Below, piece after piece: positions 36,771 to 49,700 of a DNA stretch of 64,000 nt; position 1 is the stretch's first letter, and every line of letters begins with the position of its first letter. The stretch spans positions 3,226,001 to 3,290,000 of the forward strand of contig CM075998.1 in the NCBI GenBank assembly GCA_038087875.1, read 5' to 3'. The notes beneath the pieces were generated by a model that saw nothing but the letters and a program-made list of their open reading frames with translations, had not been told where the DNA came from and ran no database searches. The DNA is from Malacoraja senta (lineage: Eukaryota). Position numbers and translations under genes: made by a program.

Positions 36771-37053
36771 TAGACAATAGGTGCAGGAGCAGGCCATTTG
36801 GCCCTTCGAGCCAGCACCGCCATTCAATGTGATCATGGCTGATCATCCCCAATCAGTACCCCGTTCCTGCCTTCTCCCCATATCCCCTGACTCCGCTATC
36901 TTTAAGAGCTCTCGCTTGAAAGCATGAAAACTCTTTGAGTTTAGTTTATTGTCACGTGTAAGGCGAAAAGCTTTTTGTTGCGCGCTAACCAGTCAGCGGA
37001 AAGACAATACATGATTACAATCGAGCCATTTACACTGTACAGATACAGGATTA

Positions 37054-37346
37054 AGGGCCTGTCCCACTTACGCGACCTTTTCAGGCGGCTGCTGGCACCC
37101 GTGATAGGTCGCCGAAATTTTCCATACGTTGAAAATTCAGCGGCGACCAGAAAGATGCTACGACTCTTTGGAGACCTTTAAAACCATACAGGTTTCATGT
37201 CGCGGGTGACCTCTCACGACCATAGGAGACCTCTCACGACCGTCTTTCTGGTTGCCGCTGAATTTTCATCATGTTGAAAATTTGGGTGACCTATCACACG
37301 TGTGCCGGCAGTCGCCTGTAAAGGTCGCGAAGGTGAGACAGGCCCT
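37054..37346. mobile_element. Harbinger-like MITE
   Basis: TIR AGGGCCTGTCCCACTT / AGGTGAGACAGGCCCT; TTA/TAA flanks; internally palindromic. Confidence 0.75.
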
Positions 37347-37809
37347 TAAGTGAATAGCTTTTTTTAGCTTAGTTTGAGGTACAGCGCAGAAACAGGCCCT
37401 TTGGTCCACCGAGCCGCGCCGACCAGCGATCCCCGAACACTAACACTGCCCTACACATTAGGGACAATTTTTACATTTACTCCAAGCCAATTAATCTACA
37501 AACCTGCACGTCTTTGGAGTGTGGGAGGAAACCGAAGATCTCTGAGAAAACCCACGGAGAAAACGTACAAACTCTGTACAGACAGCGCCCGTAGCCAGGA
37601 TCGAACCTGGGTCTCTGGCGCTGTGAGGCAGCAACTCTACCGCTGCGCCACAGTGCCTATTGCAGGTTTTTCAAACCTTATCATCTGGACAGCAAGTCTT
37701 GCCATCGGGTAATCAGTGATCTTTGTCCACACATTCAAGCCCACTGCACTACAGTACATAGAACAGCACAGGAACAGGCCCTGTGACCCACAACGTTCGT
37801 GCCAAACAT

Positions 37810-38332
37810 TATAGAAACATAGAAAGTAGGTGCAGGAGGAGGCCATTTGTCCCTTCGAGCCAGCACCGCCATTCAATATGATCATGGCTGATCGTCCCCA
37901 ATCAATAACCCGTGCCTGCCTTCTCCCCATATCCCTTGACTCCACTAGCCCCTAGAGCTCTATCTAACTCTCTTAAATCCATCCAGTGATTTGACCTCCA
38001 CTGCCCTCTGTGGCAGGGAATTCCACAAATTCACAACTCTGGGTGAAAACGTTTTTTCTCACCTCAGTCTTAAATGGCCTCCCCTTTATGCTAAGACTGT
38101 GGCCCCTGGTTTTGGACTCGCTCAACATTGGGAATAATGTTCCTGCATCTAGCTTGTCCAGTCCTTTTATAATTTTATATGTTTCTATAAGATTCCCCCT
38201 CATCCTTCTAAACTCCAGTGAATACAAGCCTGGTCTTTTCAATCCTGATATGACAGTCCAGCCATCCCAGGGATCAATCTTGTGATCCTACGCTGCACTG
38301 CCTCAATCACAAGGATGTCCTTCCTCAAATTA
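37810..38332 (-). mobile_element. CR1/HER1-like 3' fragment
   Basis: ORF 37973-38242 GLYSLEFRRMRG..; same family as 18180-18790. Confidence 0.85.
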
Positions 38333-38750
38333 TGCTACGCCCGCTGCCGGCGCGTAATCCATATCCCGCCACTCCCTGCATAGCTATGTTCCGATCTAAA
38401 AGCCACTTAAATACCATTATTGCATCTCACCCCATCACCACCCCTGGCAGCACGTTCCAGGTACCCAGCAGCCTCTGTGTGTAAAACCCCCCAACTTGCC
38501 CCGCACATCCCCTTTAAGCTATACCTCAAGTCTTTGGCATTCTCACCCTGGTGACAAAAGGTTCTGACTGTCTACCCTATCTATGCCTCGCATGATATTC
38601 TACACCTGTCGGGACTCTTCTCAGTCCCCGATACTCCAGAGAAGACAATCCCGGTTTGTCCGTCCTGGCCTCATGAGTACAATTTGTGAATAGGTGCTGG
38701 GGTCTTTTTAAGGGAACTTTTTGTACAATTTGTGCTTCAAAACCATGTTA

Positions 38751-38956
38751 AGGGCCTGCCCCACTTTCACGACCTAATTCACGACCTCTGCCGAGTTTGC
38801 CCTTGACTCATACTCGCAGCATGGTCGTCAACAGGTCGTAGCAGGACGTGATGCTAGTCGTAGGTACTCGTGGCATCAAGTAGATTGGGGCGTTTTTTCT
38901 AGCCTGATGAAAAGTGCCCACGAGTAAAAAAAGGTTGTGAAAGTGGGACAGGCCCT
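38751..38956. mobile_element. Harbinger-like MITE, same subfamily as 8913-9119 (TTA/TTA TSD) and 55507-55712
   Basis: Alignable interior and TIRs. Confidence 0.75.
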
Positions 38957-39770
38957 TTCCAACTTTTAGCTGATGTATGGCGAGATTTGCAGTGTAACCT
39001 CCGCATCCTTTACCTTCCCCGATCGTGTTTGATGGAACAGTGCACTGGCGACATGGTGGCGCAGCGGTAGAGTCGCTGCCTCACAGCGCCAGAGACCCGG
39101 GTTCCATCCTGACTACAGGTGCTGTCTGTACGGAGTTTGCACCTTCTCCCCGTGACCTGCGTGGGTTTTCTCTGAGATCTTTGGTTTCCTCCCACACTCC
39201 AACGACGTACAGGTTTGTAGGTTTAAGAAAAAACGGCAGATAAGAGACAATAGGTGCAGGAGTGGGCTATTTGGCCCTTCGAGCCAGCACCTCCATTCAA
39301 TGTGATCATGGCTGATCATCCCCAATCAATACCCCGTTCCTGCCTTCTCCCCATATGATGCTGGTAAAATCCAAGGTGGACACAAAATGCTGGAGAAACT
39401 CAGCGCGTGAGGCAGCATCTGTGGAGAGAAGGAATTGGCGACGTTTCGGGTCAAAGAAGAAGGGGTCTCGACTCGAAACGTCGCCAATTCCTTCTCTCCA
39501 TTGATGCTGCCTCACCTGCTGAGTTTCTCCAGCATTTTGTGTCCACCAGGTTTGCAGGTTAATTGGCTTGGTATAAATGTCAAATTATCCCCCTGTGTGT
39601 GTAGGGTAGTGTTAATGTGCGGGGATCGCTGGTCGGCGCGGACTTGGTGGGCCGAAGGGCCTGTTTCCGCGCTGTACCTCTAAACTACACCAAGTGCAGT
39701 TCAACGTGCAGAGAATATCCGATCACTGAGCATCTACTCATCCCACCTCCGTTGATATTTTTAATCACAG

Positions 39771-39920
39771 GGCTTCCTCAACTTGACATGGTCTCGATTT
39801 GCTCGTGTTCTCTTCACTCGATCTATTGCTATAACCCCAACACTACTGGTGGCGTTGTTCCAGGATGTCGAACGTTTAACTGGGATGAATGATTTCCTCA
39901 ATGTTCTTCAGAGTATGCAG
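39771..39920 (+). CDS. SLC11A2: SLC11A2 exon 13 ([21 protein letters not shown]...[11 protein letters not shown])
   Basis: Conserved TM9/TM10; AG/GT; 150 nt. Confidence 0.98.
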
Positions 39921-41694
39921 GTGAGGTGATTCCCTTTTTCAAAAAAAATAAAAAATAAAAAATCTTGTATTAATAACATGGCTTTATAACACAGTCATAT
40001 AGATGGGCACAAAAAGGGGTAAAAGCCCTGTCCCACGGTACGAGTTCATTCCAAGAGCTCTCCCGAGTTTGCCCTGATTCGAACTCGGAGATTTACGGTA
40101 ATGGCCATTCGTCGGTACTCGGGGCTCTTGTGGACAATAGACAATAGGTGCAGGAGTAGGCCATTTGGCCCTTCGAGCCAGCACCGCCATTCAATGTGAT
40201 CATGGCTGATCATCCCCAATCAGTACCCCGTTCCTGCCTTCTCCCCATATCCCCTGACTCCGCTATCTTTAAGAGCCCTATCCAGCTCTCTCTTGAAAGC
40301 ATCCAGAGAACCGGCCTCCACCGCCCTCTGAGGCAGAGAATTCCACAGACTCACCACTCTCTGTGAGAAAAAGTGTTTCCTCGTCATTTTTCAACATGTT
40401 GAAAATTCTTCACGAGTCTTCCCGTGCTTACCTGCCGTTAGCGAGTCTTCCCGAGTACCTGCCGTTAGCGTAACGAGCCGCTAAGAGATATCCCCGAGCT
40501 CCGACGTACCCGCTACGTTCATTCTCCGTGTTTGATTTTTTTTTTTAACTCGGGAGAGCTCTTGGAATGAACGCGTACCGTGGGACAGGGCTATAACTCA
40601 GTGGGACAGGTACATCTCTGGATAGAAGGAATGGGTGAGGTTTCGGGTTGGTGCCTTCACGCCCACGTTGGTTTTGTGTACAGCCTGTCACCGTTGGCGG
40701 CTCGCCAGTAGCCTCACGAGAAGGTCCAGCCTCAAGCGCTCCATAACAGCTCCAAGGTCAGACGCGCACTAATTGGCCTTATCTGCAATTGGTGACGGGC
40801 TGTATACAAAACTAACGAGGGTGTGAAGGCGCCGTGACCTCCTTCACACTCTATCGTGCTGAGTTGCTCCAGCAGTTTGTGTCGGAAGGAAATGCAGATG
40901 CTGGTCTACAGCAAAGATAAGACATAGAGTCATATAGCACAGAAACAAGTCCTTTGGCCCAACATCCATGCCGATCCAGAAGCCCCCCCCCCCCCGCCTC
41001 TGCTTTTCAGCACTTCCTTGAGACTTGCCATTCATTGTGTCTGTTCAAGACGTATCAGTCTTCACAAAATGCATCACCTCATTCGTTTCAGGATTAAATC
41101 CAATCCACTGTTTCTCTGCCTGTTTTACCAACTCATTCGTGTATCATTCTGCAACCAAAGACCACCTTCCTCATTAGAGGTCCACCACCGATTATCCGGC
41201 AAATGCTAGTCCAGCACCACCTCTAATCTGGACAAAATTCCAAGAGTGCACTTGAATTCCCCCCCCCCCCCCCCCCCCCGGAAAATGTGGCACCTAGGCC
41301 GGGTGAGGCAGCCGATCCCGACCTCATTGGGACATCCGCGGCCAATCGGCGGGTGGAATTTGCCCCCCCGCGGCCGGGGCTCTGGAACCTCCCATAGCCG
41401 ACTTCCGGGGCCGACTTTGCGGGCCGGTATGTCGTTTCCCCCCCCTCCCCCGAACATTCCGGTACCGTTGGACTCCTCCCGGAGGCCGTGACCTCTGTGG
41501 GTCCGTTAACACGGATAATCCAGAAAGGCTGTGGAACCAAGCCTGGAAGTGGATCCGGTGGAGCTGGATGAGCAACACCACCTTTCTTTTGAGGAAGGGC
41601 GGTTATTTATTTCAATCATATCAATGTAATTCTGGTTATTGATCTACACTGTCTCCAGATCCAGTGCTAACAACTAACCTTTCACTCTCTCCAG

Positions 41695-41768
41695 CTGCCA
41701 TTTGCATTGATCCCAATCTTAACGTTTACCAGTATGAGCTCCGTGATGCATGACTTCGTCAACGGTCT
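41695..41768 (+). CDS. SLC11A2: SLC11A2 exon 14 ([24 protein letters not shown])
   Basis: ACTAAC branch point, AG/GTAAGT; 74 nt. Confidence 0.98.
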
Positions 41769-41973
41769 GTAAGTAGTCTTGAATGCTCATCTCTATATGT
41801 GTCTATGTCAAGTTCAAGTTCTGAATTGGGGCATGATATTGGACCCCAACTTGCTCAAGTTGATCGGAGTAGGCTGTTTGCAGGCAGAGCAGAAAGTCCA
41901 GAAAATGGGATGCTTTTAAAAGTGTGATGGTGAGAGTTCAAGGCATGCACGTTCCTGTTAGAGTGAAGGGTGA

Positions 41974-42504
41974 TGGGCCTGTCCCACTTGGGGTTTTTTT
42001 TCTCTTCTAGGCAACTGCTGGCGACTGTCATAGTTGTAGCAGGTCGACGAAAAACATCCTGGCGACAACCTACGACAGCACCTATGTCAGGAGAAGTCAA
42101 GCTACACTCATTGACGTCAAACCCACTGTCGCCGAAAAATTCTCAACACGTTGAAAATATAGCGACGACCAGAAAGACGCTACGACTATGACTTGCTCGA
42201 CTGAGAAGACTACTCCCGGCGACTACCGGCGAACATGTGGCGACAAACTAGTTGTCGCCGCATCACCTCAGTGGGACAGGCCCATAAGGCAGGTGGGAGT
42301 TCCCTGTCCCACTTAGGAAACCTGAATGGAAACCTCTGGAGACTTTGTGCCCCACCCAAGGTTTCCGTGCGGTTCCCGGAGGTTTTTGTCAGTCTCCCCA
42401 CCTGCTTCCACTACCTGCAACCTCCGGGAAACGCACGGAAACCTTGGGTGGGGCGCAAAGTCTCCAGAGGTTTCCGTTCGGGTTTCCTAAGTGGGACAGG
42501 GGCA
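41974..42504. mobile_element. Two adjacent Harbinger-like MITEs of different subfamilies (41974-42284, ~42299-42504)
   Basis: Each bounded by CTGTCCCACT...AGTGGGACAG; unrelated interiors. Confidence 0.7.
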
Positions 42505-42824
42505 TTATTAGGAAGCTTGGATGATGAGAGAAATTGGATGACAAGAGAGGAATAGGCAGCTGGGATCAAGTGTATCCCTGGAGGATTATCGGGAGCTGAG
42601 GAGCGTACTAAAGAGTAACTGGACTCTGAGAACTTCCTTTCGTTTCAAGACGCACTTTATTAACATGCACCAGGAGAGCAGCACAGTCGCAGTTACTGCA
42701 CTACTCAAATTCCAATCAGCGAGGGCAACTTGTTATACCGTTTTTGACCCTTGAAATCGTGCGCACTTTCTAATTTCTGATCATCAGTAACAATACATTC
42801 TTAAAACATTAATAGACAAATGCG

Positions 42825-43137
42825 ATAGCGTGGTGCAGCAGTACAGTTGCTGCCTTACAGCGAATGCAGCGCAGGAGACCCGGGTTCCATCCCGACCACG
42901 GGTGCTGTCTATACGGAGTTTGTACCTTCTCCCCGTGACCTGCGTGGGTTTTCTCCGAGATCTTCGGCTTCCTCCCACACTCCAAAGACGTGCGGGTTTG
43001 GAGGTTAATTGGCTTGGTAAATGTAAAAATTGTCCCTGGTGGGTGTCGGATGGTGTTAGTGTGCGGGGATCGCTGGTCGGCGCGGACCCGGTGGGCAGAA
43101 GGGCCTGTTTCCGCGCTGTATCTCTAAACTAAACTAA
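42825..43137 (+). mobile_element. HE1-like SINE
   Basis: A/B boxes, V-domain, CTAAACTAAACTAA tail. Confidence 0.85.
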
Positions 43138-43279
43138 TACAAGTAAACTTGCAATGCTATTTAATCCTTTATTTAATTTTTGATATCAAGAACCTTGTCA
43201 AGGGATACCCATCCCAAAACATTGGGGTGCGTCAATGAATACCTACCAGGAACATTGATGTGTGCCAATGAATGCCTAA

Positions 43280-43648
43280 AGGGCCTGTCACACGAGCATA
43301 CGACTGCATGCAGCAAGCGCGACCAAACCGGAAGCGGGGGCCGCGCGGAGGTCGAGTGAGTGACGTGAAGTTCGAGCGAAGTCCGCGGGAAATTCGCCCG
43401 TGATGTACGGCGTCGAGACGCTACACACGCCCGTCGAGGCGGTTTTTACGCCGAGGAGGCGGCTGCAGGCCGTTGCCGCGCGGGATTTTTGAACAGTGTC
43501 AGTTTTCCGGAGCCCAGCGCGATGTCGGGACCAGCTCCGCACAACTCCATACGGCTCCGGCGATCAAAGTGGGACCAGCCCCGCGAGGCCGTACGGCTCA
43601 AGCGACCACGTTAGGCCGCGCTTGTCGCATGCTCGTGGGACAGGCCCT
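43280..43648. mobile_element. Harbinger-like MITE (CpG-rich subfamily)
   Basis: TIR AGGGCCTGTCACACGAGCAT / ATGCTCGTGGGACAGGCCCT; TAA duplicated at 43277-43279 and 43649-43651. Confidence 0.8.
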
Positions 43649-43785
43649 TAAAGGTTGTTGTGCTGTACAGTAGTCACACTGCAGCTTGCACCCATGGGTG
43701 AAGTTTGCCCCCAGTCTGCCTCACACTGTTCAGCTCCATGTACATGCCCCGTGATGACCATTACCATTTGTGTTTTCTATTTCAG

Positions 43786-43939
43786 GGCGTGGAAGATTGC
43801 TGGTGGAGTGGTTATTTTGATCGTCTGCGCCATTAACATGTATTTTGTGATAGTATATGTATCGAGCCTGGGTCACGTGGCTCTCTACCTGGTGGCAGCC
43901 TTCATTTCACTTGCATACTTGAGTTTTGTCGGTTACCTG
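43786..43939 (+). CDS. SLC11A2: SLC11A2 exon 15 ([21 protein letters not shown]...LSFVGYL)
   Basis: TM11/12 INMYFV; AG/GTAAGT; 154 nt. Confidence 0.98.
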
Positions 43940-44594
43940 GTAAGTTCCTGAACCGGTTTTGCTCAATTTATTTCCTGCTTTCTTCTTCTAAGTAATAAAA
44001 AACTTGCTCAGTCCTGCCCTGCTCCGAATCCAGTTTGGGCAGTCTGGATTTGATTGGGCATCATTTAAAACTTTGCCGATATTGGTCGGGTGTGGGGGGA
44101 ATAACAATTTGGAGAATGAACGAATTCTCTTTTCTCTTTAAGAGAATTGAAAGAGAATAGGCCTGGCACGGTGGCGCAGCGGTAGGGTTGCTGCCTCACA
44201 GCGCCAGAGCCCCGGGTTTCATCCCGACTACGGGTGCTGTCTGTGCGGAGTTTGTACGTTCTCCCCGTGCTGCGTGGGTTTTCTCTGCGTGCTCTGTGAT
44301 TTCTTTCAAAGACGTTCGGGTGTGTAGGTTAATTGGCTTCGGCAAAGATTGCAAATTGTCCCGTGTGTGTGTGTGGGGGGGGGGGGGTGTGTGTGTGTGT
44401 TGGTATTAATTAATGTACGGGGATCGTTGGCCGGCGCGGACTCGGTGGGCCGAAGGGCCTGTTTCCGCGCTGTATCGCTATACTAAGCTTTGGTTGGGGG
44501 CATCTCTCTAATGAGGGCAGAATGAAGAGCAACCAAATGAGCTTGCTGCTTGGATTCTGGTGAGACGGTTTGTTCTTTGACGCCTCTGGTGACG

Positions 44595-45088
44595 TAGGTT
44601 CACGAGATTGATCCCTGGGATGGCGGGACTGTCATATGAGGAAAGATTGAAAAGACTAGGCTTGTATTCACTGGAGTTTAGAAGGATGAGGGGGGGATCT
44701 TATAGAAACATATAAAATTATAAAAGGACTGGACAAGCTAGATGCAGGAAAAATGTTCCCAATGTTGGGCGAGTCCAGAACCAGGGGCCACAGTCTTAGA
44801 ATAAAGGGGAGGTCATTTAAGGCTGAGGTGAGAAAAAACGTTTTCACCCAGAGAGTGGTGAATTTATGGAATTCCCTGCCACAGAGGGCAGTGGAGGCCA
44901 AGTCACTGGATGGATTTAAGAAAGAGTTAGATAGAGGTCTAGGGGCTAGTGGAATCAAGGGATATGGGGAGAAGGCAGGTACGGGTTATTGATAGGGGAT
45001 GATCAGCCAGGATCACAATGAATGGCGGTGCTGGGCCGAATGGCCTCCTCCTGCACCTATTTTCTATGTTGCTATGTTTCTATGTTTT
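44595..45088 (+). mobile_element. CR1/HER1-like 3' fragment ending just upstream of exon 16
   Basis: ORF 44753-44992; (CTATGTTT)n tail. Confidence 0.88.
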
Positions 45089-45122
45089 TTTAATCTTATT
45101 GCTCCGCTTCTTGTCGCCACAG

Positions 45123-45230
45123 GCCTGGTATTGTGCAGCCTCACTGGGAGTCCCCTTCCTAAACTGTGGACGCACGGTAAGCAGCGGCAGTGCTGTGCTT
45201 GTAGAAGAACAATTCGAGTATACAAATTAA
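45123..45230 (+). CDS. SLC11A2: SLC11A2 exon 16/16A (AWYCAASLGVPFLNCGRT|VSSGSAVLVEEQFEYTN*)
   Basis: AG acceptor at 45121-45122; internal GTAAGC donor at 45177; read-through tail resembles the mammalian IRE-isoform C-terminus (CGHTVS..EE..Y). Confidence 0.92.
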   Translation, partial: AWYCAASLGVPFLNCGRTVSSGSAVLVEEQFEYTN

Positions 45231-46543
45231 CCAGAGACCGCTCCTTCCTGTCCCCCCCGTGCCAACACACTGGGATCTAGCTCTATTGAATTGTACTCTA
45301 CACACCGTTCCATCGAGACCTGCGCAAAAAAACCTTTGTAAATCGAGCCTCTCCAGAAGGCATTCAGATAACACATTTGAGACATGTGAGACAGTTTTGA
45401 GTATAATGATTATAAATTGGAAGATTTAAATTCTGATTTAGTACTATGTTAGTTTTTAGAAGTTTTAGACAATCAGTGGGTTCTGGATGAACCATTCCTT
45501 CTTTTTAACCCTGTGACAAGTGCTTGATAAGTATTCTGAATCCTGCGAATGTATTTTTAAGGGTCTGTGCAGCGAGAATCACGATGTAGAAATTCTGCTG
45601 CTGACAATGTGTAATGTTTTTAAATGAAACTAATTTTATATATGTATAAGCTAATCAATGCATGGAGGGCTCGAGCTGGGATATGGTGGCCTGCACTTGG
45701 GTCTCTCTTCACGTTATTGTCCTGATGCTTTTTTACGCTCTGCTCCGTGAAGCGTTCTCCTGCGTGGTGTTTGAGGGTCAGTCTCTTTTGCTCGCTGTTG
45801 GTGCAGGGCAGGTAGAGAGGGGGAGGGGGGGAGACGGAGATTTCTCCCGACTTGACCATAGATCAGCCCCTCCTTTGACGTTGGCTCCATGATCGACTGG
45901 CCTCGGAGGGGGGGGGCCCGAGAATGGCCCCTCCGCTGCTGCACATCACTCACACCAAGGGCGAAACGGAGCAGTCTCCTGAGGGCCCGGGTTGACAGAG
46001 CCCCACAAGATGGCCACCCTACTAGACGTGTAGCGTCCCCGCCCACAGGCCTAAGCAGCAGCAATGTGGCTTTGTGTGCTGGAACAGTGGGGAGATTTCG
46101 GACAGAAAGATCTCTGCGCAAACCCCCCCCCCCCCCTCTGCTGACTGTTGACGTTGACTGTGGTCACCATTGCGTCAAAAGTACTTTAAATCCTGTCAAC
46201 GGCTCCCTGCTCAGATGGGGAAGTCGCCTCCTACTCCCTGCTCCCTCCCGCAGTGAACGCACTGAACAATGCTGCTCAGATCTCTCCCCTGCTTCCCCCA
46301 ATCCCCCCCTGCCCCCATATCCTGCCCCATCTCTCTGAGGGCAGGCCCTTCTCTCCAGAGATGCTGCCTGACCCGCTGAGTTACTCCAGCGTCCGTCTTC
46401 AGTGTAAACCAGCATCTGCAGTTCCTCCCAGCACACATGGTCACAAGTTCCACTCGCCAAATGACACCACCACCCACCGGTCTTATCTAAACCAAGTTGC
46501 GCAGTGGTAGGACTGCATTTTATGCAATGTGTATTTTAACCTT

Positions 46544-46549
46544 AATAAA
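46544..46549 (+). promoter_or_regulatory. Candidate polyadenylation signal for the exon-16A isoform (second candidate 47019-47024)
   Basis: AATAAA in AT-rich unique sequence downstream of the stop codon. Confidence 0.4.
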
Positions 46550-46731
46550 AGTTGATTAAAATGTTATTCTCAGTAAAAGAGCTAAAACCATTTAACCACT
46601 CACTAGATATAGGATTGTTTTTAAAACGCTGTCCTGACCACATCATGGGCAGACTGATCTCATGGGGGAATTCCTCGCTCTCTCTCACCAGTCCCAACAT
46701 TCCTATCACCCCTATACCAACACTACGTCGG

Positions 46732-46931
46732 NNNNNNNNNNNNNNNNNNNNNNNNNNNNNNNNNNNNNNNNNNNNNNNNNNNNNNNNNNNNNNNNNNNNN
46801 NNNNNNNNNNNNNNNNNNNNNNNNNNNNNNNNNNNNNNNNNNNNNNNNNNNNNNNNNNNNNNNNNNNNNNNNNNNNNNNNNNNNNNNNNNNNNNNNNNNN
46901 NNNNNNNNNNNNNNNNNNNNNNNNNNNNNNN
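46732..46931. other. Assembly gap (200 N)
   Basis: Run of N. Confidence 1.
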
Positions 46932-47238
46932 CGCACAATCTTGCTTTAATTCCCCTGGTGTATTGTGCTGTCTGAGCATCTTCTGTCTCTCTCTCTGCAC
47001 CTGTATATGCAGCCTGTAAATAAATCTGTTTTATCTGTACTCTTTGGTCTGGCAGCATTTTCCACCGCAAAAAAGATGTTGAGATAACATGACCGACACA
47101 CAGTAGTCTACATAGACACTGTCCTGATGGAAACGAGCCTTGATCCGTCTATAAGGTCCGCTCTGGGGTCAGAGCTGGAATGAACAACGGAAATGCTAAT
47201 GCACCCTGCCAGCCAGGCAGCACCTTTGGTGGGAGAGA

Positions 47239-47375
47239 TCAAGAGATAGAGATAGTGATAGAGAGAGAGATCGAGAGAGAGAGATCGAGAGATCGAGATT
47301 GAGAGATAGAGAGAGATCGAGAGAGAGATCGAGAGATCGAGATTGAGAGAGGGAGAGAGAGAATCAAGAGAGATC
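47239..47375. repeat. GA-rich microsatellite with interspersed GATC
   Basis: (GAGAGAGATC)-type array. Confidence 0.9.
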
Positions 47376-49079
47376 GTGTTTCAGTCTGAAGAAGGGTCTC
47401 AACCCGAAACGTCACCCCTCCCTTCTCTCCAGAGATGCTGCCTGTCCCGCTGAGTTACTGCAGCTTTTTGTGTCTATCTTCATGTTTCGGGCTGATCACC
47501 CTTCATTGCTTCTGAACACTGCCCAGGTTTTGCTTTTGCTGTTGCTGCCGTCCCAACCAGTGCCCCCAACGTCCAACAGCAGTAGATTAGCTTAAAAGCA
47601 AGCGGTATGTATGTTGATTACTCTCATTACAAGTAACTCCTGCATTCCTTCCTCTTATATCTTAGAACAAAGCAAGGCATAGATCAGATGGCAAGTTGGG
47701 CGGAGAATTGGCATACGTAAATTAGTCCCAATAAGAGCAAGGTGATGCATTTTGTGAAGTCAAATACAGTAAATAGTAGGGCACTCATGAATGTTGATAT
47801 TAGTTTAGTTTAGCTTAGAGTTACAGCATGGAAACAGGCCCTTCTTGCCCACCGAGTCCACGCCGACCAGCGATCACACGTTCACACTAGTTCTATGTCA
47901 TCCCAATTTCTCATCCACTCCCACTTGGGGGAGTCCAGAACCAGGGGCCACACAGTTTAGGAATAAGGAGTAAGCCATTTAGAACGGAGACGAGGAAACA
48001 CTTTTTCTCACAGAGAGTGGTGAGTCTGTGGAATTCTCTGCCTCAGAGGGCGGTGGAGGCAGGTTCTCTGGATGCTTTCAAGAGAGAGCTAGATAGGGCT
48101 CCTTAAAATAGCGGAGTCAGGGGATATGGGGAGAAGGCAGGAACGGGGTACTGATTGGGGATGATCAGCCATGAGGGCCAAATGGCCTACTCGTGCACAT
48201 ATTGTCTACATGCCAGGGGCAACTTACAGATGGCCAATTAACCCATAAACCGGCACGTCTTTGGAGGAGAACATGCAAACTCCACACAGACAGCACCCGT
48301 AGTCAGGATGGAGCCCGGGTCTCTGGCGCTGTGAGGCAGCAGCTCTACCTGCTGCGTCACCGTGCCGCCCTATTTCTCTGATGATCAGAGAGACCTTGAT
48401 GTTTGTCCATAGCTCTTCAAAGCGGAAACACAGATGGATAGGGCGGTTCATACGTCCACACGTCATTGGAGCAGAATTAGGCCATTCGGCCCATCGTCCA
48501 CTCTGCCATTCAATCTACCTTCCCCTCTCAACCCCATTCTCCTGCCTTCTCCCTATAACCCCTGACACCCGTGCTAATCAAAAATGCCTAGATGACGAAG
48601 GCATATGGCATGCTGGTCTTCATAGAATATAAAAGTTGGTATGTTATCGTGCAACTCCAAAACAATGATTAGACCACCCTTAGTATTGTGTACAGTTCTG
48701 ATCATAAGGGCATGAGTGATAGGATATTCGGCCCATTAAGTCTACTCCGCCATTCAATCATGCTGATCTATCTCTCCCTCCCAACCCCATTCTCCTGCCT
48801 TCTCCCATAACCCCTGACACCCGTACTGACCAAGAATCTATCCATCTCTGCCTTAAATATATCCATTGACTTGGCCTCCACGGCCTTCTCTGGCAATGAA
48901 TTCCACAGATTCACCACCTCTGACTAAAGAAATTCCTCCTCATCTTAAAGGAGCGTCCTTTAATCCTGAGGCTATGACCTCTCGTCCTAGACTCTCCCAT
49001 TAGGACTAGAGGTCGTAGCCTCAGAATTAAAGGCAAAATGGTCAACATCTAATTGTCAAAAAATGTATTTGCGCTGGAG

Positions 49080-49700
49080 ACTCAGCGCAGACTTGGCGAC
49101 CATTTCACTGAACACCGAACAATTACGCTCGGTCGGCCAAGGCCTACAAGATCGCCCGGTTGCGAACCATTTTTAACTCCCTTCCCATTCCCACACTGAA
49201 CATTCTGTCCTGAGCCTCCTCCATTGCCAGAGGGAGGCCCACACAAACTGGAGGCATGGCACCTCATATTCCGCTTTGGTAGCCCACAACCCAACGGTAT
49301 GATCACTGAATTCTCCAATTTTAGGTAACTACAATCACCCTCCACCCTTCCCCCCACAGCCACCCCCCCCCTCTCTTCCCTGTGCCTCACCTGGACTCGC
49401 ACCTCTTTCTCCCCTCCCCTAACATTCCTTCCTCCAGCCTCACAATTCGCATCTCCTCAACACTTTTGTCTCACACCTTCTGTCTTTTTATCTCTGTCCA
49501 CCTTGTCCAACAATCTGCCTTTCAAGCACCTCCCTTACCTGTATCTACCTGTTACCTGCCAAGATTTGTCCTGCCCCCTCTCTTCCAGCTTTCTACCCCC
49601 CCCTCCCTCACCCTTACAACCAGTCTGAAGAAGGGTCCCGACCCGAAACATCACCTATCCATGTTCTCCAGAGATGCTGCCTGACCCGCTGAGTTACTCC
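49080..49700 (+). mobile_element. Penelope-like element 3' fragment
   Basis: Degenerate GET.RRLGD.F.EH...HF.SP.HSH..LEE.HLIFR; pLTR core at 49625-49652. Confidence 0.75.

Noticed and set aside
45465..45490. IRE at AATCAGTGGGTT
   Set aside because: Only 3 contiguous upper-stem pairs and no correctly placed bulged C
46542..47070. ORFs spanning the N run
   Set aside because: Artefacts of the assembly gap
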